From NCBI GenBank assembly GCA_944341315.1, contig CALVLW010000056.1, positions 1 to 60,991 on the forward strand: 60,991 nucleotides of DNA, in the 5' to 3' direction. Origin of the DNA: an uncultured Clostridia bacterium (lineage in GTDB: Bacteria > Bacillota > Clostridia > Christensenellales > Borkfalkiaceae). Shown piece by piece: positions 1-9,376 of the stretch. Within the stretch, counting starts at the first letter, position 1; each line of letters begins with the position of its first letter. The notes below the pieces were generated by a model that was given only the letters and a program-made list of their open reading frames with translations, made no database searches and had not been told where the DNA came from. Both the position numbers and the translations under genes were made by a program.

Positions 1-131
1 GTCAACCTGAGCTTCTCCTATGATATCTTTGCTTTCAAGGCGGAAAGACGGAAGTTTTGTCGGAACGGAAGAACTGCCGTCGAAAGCGTCCGCGCTTTTT
101 TATATCTTACTGAACGGCGTCGCGGAATATT

Positions 132-208
132 ACAAAAAGCGCCGCGCGGCGTAGATCCGCGCGGCGCTCCGGCAGGGCGTAAAATAAGAACGGCGGGTGT
201 TCCGCCGT
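132..208 (-). terminator. Two tandem intrinsic terminators downstream of rarA
   Basis: Read on the minus strand. Hairpin 139-167 (GCGCCGCGCGG/CCGCGCGGCGC, 11 bp) is followed by UUUUUGU. Hairpin 190-208 (ACGGCGG/CCGCCGU) is followed by a U-rich run. Confidence 0.7.
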
Positions 209-282
209 CCGTTGATTTTTATGCAATGCAATGTTTTATTGTTAAATATATGCGTTTTTGAATAGTTTTATTCACTAAACAT

Positions 283-1611
283 CTACTTGTTTTTGCCCTT
301 GTCCCTGCGGAGCTGCACGACGGTACGCTCGAAGCCGATGTCTTTGGGCACATAATACACCCTGTCTTTGAGCTTGTCGGGCAGATACTGCTGTTCGACA
401 TACCCTCCGGCGTAGTTATACGGATATTTGTAATCTTTGGAGCGGGCCTTCGTTTTTGCGTCGCCGAAAGAGTTGTCCTTTAAGTACGGGGGCACGCCCT
501 CGTCGTCGCGGATATTTTTGGCGTCGTCCGCGGCGGCGTGGTAAGCCGCGCACGCGGCGTTGCTTTTGGGGGCTTCGCAAACGTACACGATGGCGTTGGA
601 AAGGGGGATGAGCCCCTCGGGATAGCCTATCTTTTCGAAGGCGTACATTGCGGAGGACGCCACCACCATCGCCTGCGGATCGGCCATCCCCACGTCCTCG
701 GCGGAGTGTACCACCAGCCTGCGCGCCACGATCATCGGATCGCAGCCGCCTTCGATGAGGCGCATGGCGTAGTAGAGCGCGGCGTTACTGTCGCTGCCGC
801 GCAGGGATTTGCAGAACGCGGAGAGGTAATCGTAGTATTCGTCCTCGGCAAAGGACATGGACTTGCGCTGTATGGACTGTTCGGCGTCCTTTAACGTAAG
901 GTCTATGCCGCCGTCCTGCCGGGGCGGGGTGGTGAGAACGGCAAGCTCGAGCGCGTTGTAAGCCGTGCGCAGGTCGCCGCCCGCGGTGCGGGCGATGTGA
1001 CGGAGCGCCGCCTCCTCCGCGTTCACGGAATAATTGCCCAGCCCCCTGCGCTTGTCGGCGAGCGCCTTTTTCAGCGCGCCCAGAATGTCGGATTCGGACA
1101 GCCGCCTGAATTCGAACACGCGGCAGCGCGAAACTATTGCGGGAGTCATTGCGGAGTAGGGGTTTTCCGTGGTGGAGCCGATAAAGATTATCGTGCCCTG
1201 CTCTATAGCGGGTAGCAGGCTGTCGGACTGCGTTTTGTTGAAGCGGTGGCACTCGTCGAGCATCAGATAGGTGCGCTTGCCGAACATCCTTAAATTGTCG
1301 CGCGCGCTTTCCACCGCCTTTTTTACGTACGCCACTCCCGCCTGAACGGCGTTCAGCCTGATGAACTCGCCGTGGGTGGTGGCGGCGATTATGTTGGCGA
1401 GCGTGGTCTTGCCCGTGCCCGGCGGCCCCCAGAATATGCAGCTGCCCAGCCTGTCCAGCGAGATGGCGCGGCGCAGCAGGCTGCCTTCGGCAACGATGTG
1501 CTCCTGCCCGATAAATTCGTTAAGGTTGTTGGCGCGCATGCGCTCGGCAAGCGGCCTGGAATTTCCGGCGTCCGCGCCGGCGTTGAAGTCGAAAAGATCC
1601 ATAAGTGGCAT
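283..1611 (-). CDS. rarA: Replication-associated recombination protein A (AAA+ ATPase, MgsA/RarA)
   Basis: Walker A GPPGTGKTT, Walker B LMLDECHRF, and a C-terminal MgsA-type helical domain. ORF 283-1647 was trimmed to the Met at 1611 (MPLMDLFDF). Confidence 0.9.
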   Translation of the reverse strand: MPLMDLFDFNAGADAGNSRPLAERMRANNLNEFIGQEHIVAEGSLLRRAISLDRLGSCIFWGPPGTGKTTLANIIAATTHGEFIRLNAVQAGVAYVKKAVESARDNLRMFGKRTYLMLDECHRFNKTQSDSLLPAIEQGTIIFIGSTTENPYSAMTPAIVSRCRVFEFRRLSESDILGALKKALADKRRGLGNYSVNAEEAALRHIARTAGGDLRTAYNALELAVLTTPPRQDGGIDLTLKDAEQSIQRKSMSFAEDEYYDYLSAFCKSLRGSDSNAALYYAMRLIEGGCDPMIVARRLVVHSAEDVGMADPQAMVVASSAMYAFEKIGYPEGLIPLSNAIVYVCEAPKSNAACAAYHAAADDAKNIRDDEGVPPYLKDNSFGDAKTKARSKDYKYPYNYAGGYVEQQYLPDKLKDRVYYVPKDIGFERTVVQLRRDKGKNK

Positions 1612-1636
1612 TGCCGCAAAAAAAGCGGCTCCCCGT

Positions 1637-2431
1637 TCAGTCCGCAATGAGCGCGGCTATCTTTTCCGCGTTTTCCTTGCCGAGTTTATAACCCTCTTCG
1701 TAAGCCTTGTCGGTGGTCTTGAAGGAATATTGCGTGAGCCCCTCCATCTCCGGTTCGAGCAGCAGGTCGCACGGGTAATCCTGCGCGGCGCGCTCGTTCC
1801 TTACGTTTACGGTGTCGATTATCTCGAACACGCGCATGGCCATGCTTATCATGTTGGGTATTTTGGAAACGGGATAGGCGCTGTTCTTTATCGCGTCCAC
1901 GCCCACCACGACGTCCGCGCCGAGCTCCTTTGCCTGCCTTACGGGAACGCGGCAGAGCACGCCGCCGTCCACCAGCAGCATGCCGTTATATTCTACCGGG
2001 CGGAACACGCCGGGTATGCACGAAGACGCCTGCACCGCGGTGACGAGGCTGCCTTCGTTAAAGACGTGCAGCTTGCCCGAATACAGGTCCACGGCGGTGC
2101 ACGAATAGGGCACGGCGAGCTTGTCGAACGTGGCGTCGCCGATATATTTCAGAAACAGTTTCTGCAATTTTTTGCTGCGCAGCAGCGAGAGCCGCGTAAA
2201 GGGCATCGCCTCGATATCCACTATGTCGAAGGTGCGCAGTTTGACCAGCGCTTCGCGCACGGCTTCCATGGTCATGCCGGAGGCGTAACAGCCGCCTACT
2301 ATCGCGCCCATAGACGTGCCGGAAATACAGTAAGGCTTTATGCCCTCCTCTTCCAGCGCCTTTATGAATCCGACGTGCACGACGCCGCGTGCTCCGCCCC
2401 CGCCGAGTGCGAGACCGAGTTTTTTACTCAT
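1637..2431 (-). CDS. Patatin-like phospholipase
   Basis: Glycine-rich loop LGGGGARG, nucleophile elbow GTSMG and catalytic Asp motif LVDGG. The start was set at MSKKLGL (cat at 2429-2431). The upstream part of the 327-aa ORF is Arg-rich and implausible. Confidence 0.85.
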   Translation of the reverse strand: MSKKLGLALGGGGARGVVHVGFIKALEEEGIKPYCISGTSMGAIVGGCYASGMTMEAVREALVKLRTFDIVDIEAMPFTRLSLLRSKKLQKLFLKYIGDATFDKLAVPYSCTAVDLYSGKLHVFNEGSLVTAVQASSCIPGVFRPVEYNGMLLVDGGVLCRVPVRQAKELGADVVVGVDAIKNSAYPVSKIPNMISMAMRVFEIIDTVNVRNERAAQDYPCDLLLEPEMEGLTQYSFKTTDKAYEEGYKLGKENAEKIAALIAD

Positions 2432-2443
2432 ATTTTCTCCGTT

Positions 2444-3430
2444 ATGACAATAATTTTTATTATGATGGTAAACGAACGCCGCAGACGCGGCGGCCGCAAA
2501 AAAAGCATACCCGCGCGCGCGGCGGCGCTGCTGTTGCCCGCGGCGTTCTGCGCCGCGTTCTTTTGCGATCCCGAAAGGTATGCGGCAAAGTGTTTCGAAG
2601 GCATCGCGCTGTGGGCGCAATGCGTGCTGCCCGCGCTGTTCCCGTTCATGACGGCGTGCGCGCTGCTGTGCGGCGGGCTTGCTGGAGTTACGCCCGCGCC
2701 AATAAAAAAGCTGTGTTCCGCGCTTAAATTGCCGCCGTGCGCCGCAACGTGCTTCGCTCTCGGAGCGGCCTCCGGCTATCCCGCAGGGAGCAGGACGGTG
2801 AGACAGTTTTTCGACGACGGACTGACCGACGTGGCGGGCGCGCGCAAACTTGCGCTGCTATGCACCGCCTGCGGCCCCGTTTTTGCCGTTGCCACCGCGG
2901 GGAGCATGCTGGGCGGAGCGGGAGCGGGCGTAAAACTTTACGCCGCGCACCTTGCCGCCGTAACGCTGACCGCGCTGACGTATTCGCTGTGCACGAAGCC
3001 GTGCGGGGGCGGGCTGCCGCTGCCCGCAGTACGGAAAAACGTGCTCGAAGACAGTTTTTACGGAACGGTAAAGGCCGCGCTGACCGCGGGCGCCTTTATT
3101 GCGTTTTTTTACACCGCGGCGGCCATGGCCGAAGATTTTTATATATTATATCCCTTAAGCAGGCTTTTAAGCCTGCCGCTGGGAAGCGACGCGGCGGACG
3201 CGCTTGCGCACGGGCTGGTGGAGATGACGGGCGGTATCGCCGCGCTTGCAAGATGCGGCGGAAAGTTAGCCCTGCCGCTTGCGGGCTTTACCCTTACTTT
3301 CGGCGGGGCGTGCGTGCTGTTGCAGCAGCTATCCTTTCTGTCCGCGACAGGAGTAAAGCCGGCGTTTTTTATATCCTTCAAATTCGTCCAGGGGCTTGCC
3401 TGCTTCGCTATACTGCTCATATCGGGCTGA
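2444..3430 (+). CDS. ylbJ: Sporulation integral membrane protein YlbJ-like (nucleoside-recognition/Gate domain)
   Basis: Polytopic membrane protein, including WAQCVLPALFPFM and repeated hydrophobic segments. Only the last third of the 689-aa ORF 1361-3430 is credited. The start is uncertain: ATG at 2444, or the MM pair at 2462/2465. Confidence 0.65.
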   Translation: MTIIFIMMVNERRRRGGRKKSIPARAAALLLPAAFCAAFFCDPERYAAKCFEGIALWAQCVLPALFPFMTACALLCGGLAGVTPAPIKKLCSALKLPPCAATCFALGAASGYPAGSRTVRQFFDDGLTDVAGARKLALLCTACGPVFAVATAGSMLGGAGAGVKLYAAHLAAVTLTALTYSLCTKPCGGGLPLPAVRKNVLEDSFYGTVKAALTAGAFIAFFYTAAAMAEDFYILYPLSRLLSLPLGSDAADALAHGLVEMTGGIAALARCGGKLALPLAGFTLTFGGACVLLQQLSFLSATGVKPAFFISFKFVQGLACFAILLISG

Positions 3431-3469
3431 AAAGGAATTGCCCCGCACATATGCGCCAACGAACGCTGC

Positions 3470-4282
3470 TCAGTATGCGCCTATCAGCCGGAACGAACGG
3501 GTGGAAGAACGCAGTATGGCAAGGGCGTGCTTCATCTCCGCGGAGGAATAATCGCCCACCACCTCTATAAAAAACCTGTATTCGCCGGGCTCGTTCTTTA
3601 TCGGCCGGGATTCTATCTTGGTCATATTCAGGTTGCAGCCGTAAATTATCGCGAGCACCTGCATGAGCGCCCCGGGAACGTGGTTGCAAGCGAGCGCGAA
3701 ATACACCTTTTCGCTTTTGAATCCGTCGGGCAGGCTGCCCTTTTTTACGAGCAGGAAGTGCGTGAAGTTGTTCTTTTCGTCGGATATGCACCCGTCGGAG
3801 ACTTCGAGCCCCTCGCGCGCGCACTGCACGCCCGCTATCGCCGCGTCGCGCTCCGTTTTTACGCGGGCGACGCTTGCCGCCGTGGAACTTTCGGGCACGA
3901 GTTCGGCGTCGGGGTAACGCTCCGTTAAAAAGCCCGCGCACTGGTCGAGAGCCTGGCGGTGCGAAAATATGCGGGTTATGCCGCCCTTGTCCGCCCCGGC
4001 GAGAGTGATGAGCCTGTGATCTATGTGCATGGTGTATTCCGCCACGGCAACGAGCGAGCTCTCCGATTCGAGCATGTCCATGTTTTGCAGCACGCCGCCG
4101 TTAAGGGTGTTTTCTATGGGCAGGACGCAGGCGTCCGCCTCCCCTTCGAGCACGGCGCGCGCCGCGGCGCGGAAAGTGCGGCAGAGCAGCACCCGCGCGC
4201 CCGCGCACATCGTTTGTGCGGCGATATGCGAATAGCTCCCCTCCGGCCCGAGGCAGCTTACCGTTTTACACACGCCGTTCAC
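3470..4282 (-). CDS. pheA: Prephenate dehydratase (PDT plus ACT domain)
   Basis: N-terminal GPEGSYSH, the PIENTLNG motif, and a C-terminal ACT region with TKIESRP...GEYRFFIE. Confidence 0.9.
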   Translation of the reverse strand: MNGVCKTVSCLGPEGSYSHIAAQTMCAGARVLLCRTFRAAARAVLEGEADACVLPIENTLNGGVLQNMDMLESESSLVAVAEYTMHIDHRLITLAGADKGGITRIFSHRQALDQCAGFLTERYPDAELVPESSTAASVARVKTERDAAIAGVQCAREGLEVSDGCISDEKNNFTHFLLVKKGSLPDGFKSEKVYFALACNHVPGALMQVLAIIYGCNLNMTKIESRPIKNEPGEYRFFIEVVGDYSSAEMKHALAILRSSTRSFRLIGAY

Positions 4283-4324
4283 CTCCTTGCAAGTCCCGTC
4301 GCGGCACGCGCCGCGCGTTTTGCG

Positions 4325-5347
4325 TTAAACTTTTTCCGCTATGTCGCAGAGCAGCCGCTCCGTGTCGTTCCAGCCGAGGCAGGGATCGGTTATCGATTTG
4401 CCGTAAACGACGTCATCCTTCTGGTTGCCCTCTTCGATAAAGCTTTCTATCATGAAGCCCTTGACTATCTTTTTGAAATCCCTGTCGTAGATCCTGTTCT
4501 GCATGACCTCTTCGCAGATGCGTATCTGCTGCCTGAAATTTTTGCCGCTGTTGGAATGGTTGGTGTCTATTATTATGGCGGGGTTTTTCAGTTCGGTCTT
4601 TGCGTAATCCTCGGCGACGCGCATGACGAATTCGTAGTGGAAATTTGGGATGTCGTTGCCGTAATTGTCCACCGCGCCGCGCAGTATGGCATGGGCGAGC
4701 GGATTGCCGCTCGTTTTTACCTGCCAGCCGTTCAGTTTGAAGACCTGCGCGCTCTGTGCGGCGTAAACGGAATTTATCATCGCCATGATGCTGCCGCTCA
4801 TGGGGTTCTTTATCCCCACGGGGCCGTCTATGCCGCTCGCCACCAGCCTGTGCAGCTGGTTTTCGCTGGAACGCGCGCCCACGGCGTTGTAGCAGAGCAG
4901 GTCGTCCACGTAGCCGTAGTTTGCGGGATAGAGCATTTCGTCGGCGGCGGCAAGGCCGCTTGCCTCCATCGCGCCTATGTTGAGCCTGCGTATGGTTATT
5001 ATGCCCTTTTGTATATCCTCCGCCTTGGAGGGATCGGGCTGCGAAAACATTCCTTTGTAGCCCACGCCGCGGGTGCGCGGCTTGTTGGTGTATATCCTGG
5101 GGACAATGACGAGCTTATCCGAAAGTTTTGCGCTCAGCCTGCCCAGCCTTTCCACGTAATCGAGCACGGGTTCGGGTTCGTGCGCGGAGCACGGGCCGAC
5201 TATCACGACCAGCTTGTCGCTTTTGCCCGTTATGACGTCGGTAATTAGCCGTTCGCGCTCCTCCCTTACCTTTTTAAGGCTTTCGGGCATGGGCACGAGC
5301 TGCTTTATTTCCTCCGGTTCGGGGATCCTTATCTGCTTTTCAAACAT
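4325..5347 (-). CDS. aroG: 3-deoxy-7-phosphoheptulonate (DAHP) synthase, class I
   Basis: VIVGPCS, TNKPRT..GYKGM and IKNPMSGS motifs of class I DAHP synthases. It lies adjacent to pheA. Confidence 0.85.
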   Translation of the reverse strand: MFEKQIRIPEPEEIKQLVPMPESLKKVREERERLITDVITGKSDKLVVIVGPCSAHEPEPVLDYVERLGRLSAKLSDKLVIVPRIYTNKPRTRGVGYKGMFSQPDPSKAEDIQKGIITIRRLNIGAMEASGLAAADEMLYPANYGYVDDLLCYNAVGARSSENQLHRLVASGIDGPVGIKNPMSGSIMAMINSVYAAQSAQVFKLNGWQVKTSGNPLAHAILRGAVDNYGNDIPNFHYEFVMRVAEDYAKTELKNPAIIIDTNHSNSGKNFRQQIRICEEVMQNRIYDRDFKKIVKGFMIESFIEEGNQKDDVVYGKSITDPCLGWNDTERLLCDIAEKV

Positions 5348-5828
5348 CTTTTTCCTCCGTCATTTTCAAAAAGTCTTCCCTGATCTCTTCGGGAAGGTAA
5401 TCGAAGAGCCGTTTGCCGAACCTTACGGAATTTTTAACGAGGGTGGAACTTATCTGGATCTTGTCCTGTTCGGCGGGCACGAATATCTCCACCAGCTCGG
5501 GCATAAGCTTTTTGCTGGCGAGATAGTCCATATTTTCGTATTCGTAATCGGCGCCGTTGCGCACCCCGCGCACGTAAAACACGGTGCCCTCCCGCTTTAA
5601 GAGGTCTACCGCCGCGCCCGAAAACGAAGTAACTTTTACGCCCTTGCGGTCTTTGAACAGCTTTTCGAGCAGCAGCACGCGCTGCTCCACGCCGAGCAGC
5701 GGGCGCTTTGCGGTGTTTTCCGCCACCGCCACTACGACTTCGTCGAAAATTTTAAGGCACGTCTCCACCACCGACCTGTGCCCCGAAGTGGGCGGATCGA
5801 AGGTGCCGGCAAACACACATCTCTTCAT
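5340..5828 (-). CDS. coaD: Pantetheine-phosphate adenylyltransferase
   Basis: GTFDPPTSGH nucleotidyltransferase motif, about 160 aa. It overlaps the downstream gene by 8 nt and the upstream gene by 4 nt. Confidence 0.92.
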   Translation of the reverse strand: MKRCVFAGTFDPPTSGHRSVVETCLKIFDEVVVAVAENTAKRPLLGVEQRVLLLEKLFKDRKGVKVTSFSGAAVDLLKREGTVFYVRGVRNGADYEYENMDYLASKKLMPELVEIFVPAEQDKIQISSTLVKNSVRFGKRLFDYLPEEIREDFLKMTEEKDV

Positions 5829-6373
5829 CGCGTCTCCCCGCCGCGCGGCGCAAAAAACGTTAAAAACGTCCTGCCGTAGCGGCGTTCGTCAAACTTTTCA
5901 AGTCCTTTTATCTCTCCCGCAAAGGCGCGGTCGCGTTCGTAAACGGCAACGCCTCCTTTCGCCAGAAGGCCGCGCGCCGCAAGCAATTCAAGCGCATATA
6001 TGCCGCAATCGTCGGCGTAAGGCGGATCGACGAACACCAGCTCGAACGGCTGCTTTGCCGCCCGCAGGCACGCCGACCAGTCGCCCTTGGAAACGGAGAA
6101 TTTTTCTTCGCGCAGGCGGGAAAGGTTCTTTTTTAGCACTGCGAGGCTGTCCGCCGAGATATCGTTGAAGTGCACAAATCCCGCCCCGCGCGAAAGACAT
6201 TCTATGCCCAGGTTGCCGCTGCCGCAGAACAGATCGAGTACGCGCGCGCCGGCTACCTTTGGAGCAAGTATGTTGAACAGGCTCTCCTTTACCCTGTCCG
6301 CCGTGGGACGGATGTCTTCGCCCTTGAACTCCGCAAGGCGCATCCCCCTGTATTTTCCGCCTATAACCCTCAT
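5825..6373 (-). CDS. rsmD: 16S rRNA (guanine966-N2)-methyltransferase
   Basis: IRPTADRVKESLFN, SAM motif LDLFCGSGNLGIE and DPPY. It is in the conserved rsmD-coaD pair. Confidence 0.9.
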   Translation of the reverse strand: MRVIGGKYRGMRLAEFKGEDIRPTADRVKESLFNILAPKVAGARVLDLFCGSGNLGIECLSRGAGFVHFNDISADSLAVLKKNLSRLREEKFSVSKGDWSACLRAAKQPFELVFVDPPYADDCGIYALELLAARGLLAKGGVAVYERDRAFAGEIKGLEKFDERRYGRTFLTFFAPRGGETR

Positions 6374-6385
6374 GATATACCCAAA

Positions 6386-6943
6386 CTAACGCCCGAAGCG
6401 CAGCACGCCGTTTTCGCTTACGAACGCGTCGAGGGGCACGTCCCCGTCATCGGAAAACGCTTTTTCCGTGAGCTGGAACGAATAACCAAGACCGACGCGC
6501 AGCGTGCGCGCGTAGGCAAAATACCTGTCGTAATAACCGCCGCCGTAACCCAGCCTTTCGCCGTTTTTGCCGACGGCGAGCAGCGGCGTTACCGTTACGT
6601 CGATATCGCCCCCGAACGCAGCGCCGCACGGCTCCATCGTGCCGAACCTGCCTTTTTTAAGCGCGCCGTAAGGCACGGCGACCATGTCCTTGCCCTCCAC
6701 GCGCGGAAGGCAGACCGTTTTGCCCAGGCGGAGCAGCAGCGAAACGAGCGCGAGCGTATCCGCCTCACCGCGGCAGGAGTGATAGACGAAGTAACTCTGA
6801 TATCCGCCAAAGCCGCATAAAAAGTTCTGCAATATCCTGCCGTCGGCGATAAGCCGCCCGTTGCCCGAAAAGGCGGAGCGCATGCTTTTATATTGTTGCC
6901 TTAAACTGTCTTTTATCTGCCGCATATGCATTATTTGCGGCAT
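6386..6943 (-). CDS. 5-formyltetrahydrofolate cyclo-ligase
   Basis: About 185 aa with the family motif RLGYGGGYYDR and a C-terminal D.PLD...T motif. Confidence 0.8.
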   Translation of the reverse strand: MPQIMHMRQIKDSLRQQYKSMRSAFSGNGRLIADGRILQNFLCGFGGYQSYFVYHSCRGEADTLALVSLLLRLGKTVCLPRVEGKDMVAVPYGALKKGRFGTMEPCGAAFGGDIDVTVTPLLAVGKNGERLGYGGGYYDRYFAYARTLRVGLGYSFQLTEKAFSDDGDVPLDAFVSENGVLRFGR

Positions 6944-6956
6944 AGTGCCGCCTGTT

Positions 6957-7937
6957 TTACGTTATATACACCCGCTCTGAACGGCGGGTGACCGAACAGA
7001 GCGCTTCGTAGCTTATCGTTCCGCAGCGGGCAGCGTATTCGTCGGCGTCGGTGAACACGGGCACGAGCTGAGCTTCTTCCCCGGACACGAACGCGTCCAT
7101 GCACAGGTTGCCCACGCCCAGCGGCGCCGTGCGCGAGAACCCGTCGGCATAGCCCGCGCGGTAAGCGGAGAGCTTTTCGTAACGCTCCGCGGCAACGGCG
7201 TAGCCCGCGCCCCTGCCCACGACGGGAGTCCGCTGCACCCTGCGCGCGTACACTTTGAGCGCGGGGACCAGCCCGGCGCGCGAAAAACCCTGCGGCGCGT
7301 AGCCGTACAGCGAAATGCCGCAGCGGACGCCGTCTTTTAAGAACCTGCCGCCGAGCATTGTGCCGGCGGTGGCCGAAAGATGGCAAACGGCGCGGGGATA
7401 TGCGGCTTTGACCAGCCTTTCCGCCTCGTTGAAAATTTTAAGCTGCTCCTCGCGGCGTTCCCTTACGTGCGGGCAATACAGGTGGCTGTATAAGCCCTTT
7501 ACCCTGCCGCCCGCGGCTTTGAGCGTTTCGAGCACTTCCGGCAGTCCGTCTGCGTTGCAGCCGTAACGGTTCATGCCGGTGTTCAGCTTTATATGGCAAT
7601 CCAGACCGCCGCACAGCTCCGCCGAGCGCACGCCGTTCACGCTTACTTCCAGCCCGTAGAACGCCGCCGCGAGCGCGTCGTCGCGCGAGGTGACGGGAGT
7701 AAGCACCAGCACGGGCGCGGTAACGCCCGCGATACGCAGGGCCGCGCCCTCTTCGACGATGGCAACGCAAAAGCCGTCCGCCAGCGACTGAAGATGCAGC
7801 GCGACGCGTTCGGCGCCGTGTCCGTATGCGTCGGCTTTTACCACGGCATAAAATTTTGCACCGCCTGCAAGCGAGCGCATGCGGCGGGCGTTGCCCTTTA
7901 TAGCGGCAAGGTCTATCACGGAAAGCGTTTTTTGCAT
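6957..7937 (-). CDS. alr: Alanine racemase
   Basis: PLP-lysine motif AVVKADAYGHG and a C-terminal beta domain. The start was set at MQKTLSVIDL (cat at 7935-7937). Confidence 0.9.
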   Translation of the reverse strand: MQKTLSVIDLAAIKGNARRMRSLAGGAKFYAVVKADAYGHGAERVALHLQSLADGFCVAIVEEGAALRIAGVTAPVLVLTPVTSRDDALAAAFYGLEVSVNGVRSAELCGGLDCHIKLNTGMNRYGCNADGLPEVLETLKAAGGRVKGLYSHLYCPHVRERREEQLKIFNEAERLVKAAYPRAVCHLSATAGTMLGGRFLKDGVRCGISLYGYAPQGFSRAGLVPALKVYARRVQRTPVVGRGAGYAVAAERYEKLSAYRAGYADGFSRTAPLGVGNLCMDAFVSGEEAQLVPVFTDADEYAARCGTISYEALCSVTRRSERVYIT

Positions 7938-8061
7938 CACCACAATATATGCCGCAAGGCTATATAAAGTTATTTTAACACGTTTTGCCGCTTTTTGCAA
8001 TCGTTTGAAGGGCGTTAAACGCTTTTATGCAACTTTATACATAAATATTCACGAAATATGC

Positions 8062-8090
8062 AAAGAGCGGGGCAGCGCGCCCCGCTCTTT
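8062..8090 (-). terminator. Intrinsic terminator after the Hint-lipoprotein gene
   Basis: 12-bp stem AAAGAGCGGGGC/GCCCCGCTCTTT with a 5-nt loop. It is U-rich on both sides, so it may act in both directions. Confidence 0.75.
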
Positions 8091-8101
8091 TACGTTAAGA
8101 C

Positions 8102-9376
8102 TTATTCAAACAGATCGGAATAGCGTTCAACCAATTCGCCTATCCGTTCGAGCGTTATTACGCCCTTGCCCACCGCAACTTTGAGATACTGCCCGTTGAC
8201 CGCCTCGAACATTTCTTCGGGCACGGGCACGAGCGCGTTCAGCTCTTCGTAGGTGTACAGCCCGTAGTTTTCGATGTCGGCCGCCATTGCTTCGGCATCG
8301 TAAGCCATCGTATCGGGATCGACTTCGAAGATATTGAACAATCCGTCTATGCCGCCCGGCATAGAGAGCATTCCGTTTACAAAGTAGCACAGATGCCCGT
8401 AAGTTACGGGGCTGTATGCGGCGGTGCTCTCCCGCGTTATCGTTACGTCTTCAAGCGTGACCTGCACCATTCCGTCCGCTCCCTGCTTTAAGAAGCTGTG
8501 ACCTATGTATTGAGCGGCGTGCTTGTCCAGATAAACATATTCGTTCAGGTCGACGTCGAAGAAGCCGTGTTCGGAGATTACGTCCGCCGTCGTCCCGTCC
8601 GAGAAAGAAAGTTTTATTACTTCGTAAGTGTTGAGCGGATCGCTGTCTATGCACAGTATCGGCGCGGTATCGAACGTACCCGTGTACATATTCCACACGA
8701 GCAGCGTTTCGTCGCCCGTTAAAAGTTCCACCGCCTTCTGGCTGCCGTCCGCCAAAGTTATAAGCGAACCGGATGCAAGGCAGGAAGAAGGAGGATTTGT
8801 TGTGTCTATAACATTTGAATAAGCAGACATAGTTCCAGCTACACTTAAGTGCTTTGCATAAAAAATTTTTCTATATTTTCCATCCAAATAACTTATCGTA
8901 ATACTTGTTGCTGTAGCATTTTCAGAAATTTTAATTTGCTTTGTCATACCATTAGCCAATACGATGTTATTAATATGTTTTAATCCCGTCCAATTTTTAG
9001 CATCGTTTTCAAAACACATTTTTTCATTATAATAAAATGTACGTAAACTGCCTGTTTTATTTGTAAATTGCAATGTCCAAACACCTTTACTTTTTTCAAC
9101 TATAACTACTTGCATACCATTTCTAGTATAATATACCGGTGATTTGTTAGAGTAATTAGTCATTGTGCCTGTCAAATCAAGATTATTCGCATAAAAAATG
9201 TATCTATCAATTCCCTGCTTATAAGAAATTGCTATACTTGTCGCCGTTCCATTTTCCGCAATAGATATTATTTGTGATGAACCTTCTGAATTGTTATCGG
9301 AACACCCGGTCATGCCAAAAGATACCGCTATACATTCAAGCAATACAAATAACATTAAACATACACGCCTTTTCAT
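8102..9376 (-). CDS. Lipoprotein with a duplicated N-terminal module and a C-terminal Hint (Hedgehog/intein-like, BIL-type) domain
   Basis: Signal peptide with a lipobox (GMTG|C25). There are two related ~42-aa segments (aa 36-78 and 147-188). The Hint N-terminal block is SS|C199LASGSLITLADGSQKAVELLTGDETLLVWN, with a TxxH-like ISEH. The C-terminal Hint block VNGMLSMP has no HN plus nucleophile. An acidic tail of ~85 aa follows. Confidence 0.75.
   Translation of the reverse strand: MKRRVCLMLFVLLECIAVSFGMTGCSDNNSEGSSQIISIAENGTATSIAISYKQGIDRYIFYANNLDLTGTMTNYSNKSPVYYTRNGMQVVIVEKSKGVWTLQFTNKTGSLRTFYYNEKMCFENDAKNWTGLKHINNIVLANGMTKQIKISENATATSITISYLDGKYRKIFYAKHLSVAGTMSAYSNVIDTTNPPSSCLASGSLITLADGSQKAVELLTGDETLLVWNMYTGTFDTAPILCIDSDPLNTYEVIKLSFSDGTTADVISEHGFFDVDLNEYVYLDKHAAQYIGHSFLKQGADGMVQVTLEDVTITRESTAAYSPVTYGHLCYFVNGMLSMPGGIDGLFNIFEVDPDTMAYDAEAMAADIENYGLYTYEELNALVPVPEEMFEAVNGQYLKVAVGKGVITLERIGELVERYSDLFE
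8813..9271 (-). repeat. Internal protein-level duplication in the lipoprotein N-terminal module
   Basis: IISIAENGTATSIAISYKQGIDRYIFYANNLDLTGTMTNYSN (aa 36-78) compared with IKISENATATSITISYLDGKYRKIFYAKHLSVAGTMSAYSN (aa 147-188). Confidence 0.7.

Noticed and set aside
1361-2443. The N-terminal two thirds of the 689-aa plus-strand ORF.
   Set aside because: This part overlaps rarA and the patatin gene on the opposite strand. Only the membrane-protein part starting near 2444 resembles YlbJ.
8102-9376. A true mobile intein or a polymorphic-toxin cassette.
   Set aside because: It has no C-terminal His-Asn plus nucleophile, no homing endonuclease, and no host extein that would be re-ligated. There is no recognisable toxin domain after the Hint module and no downstream immunity ORF.
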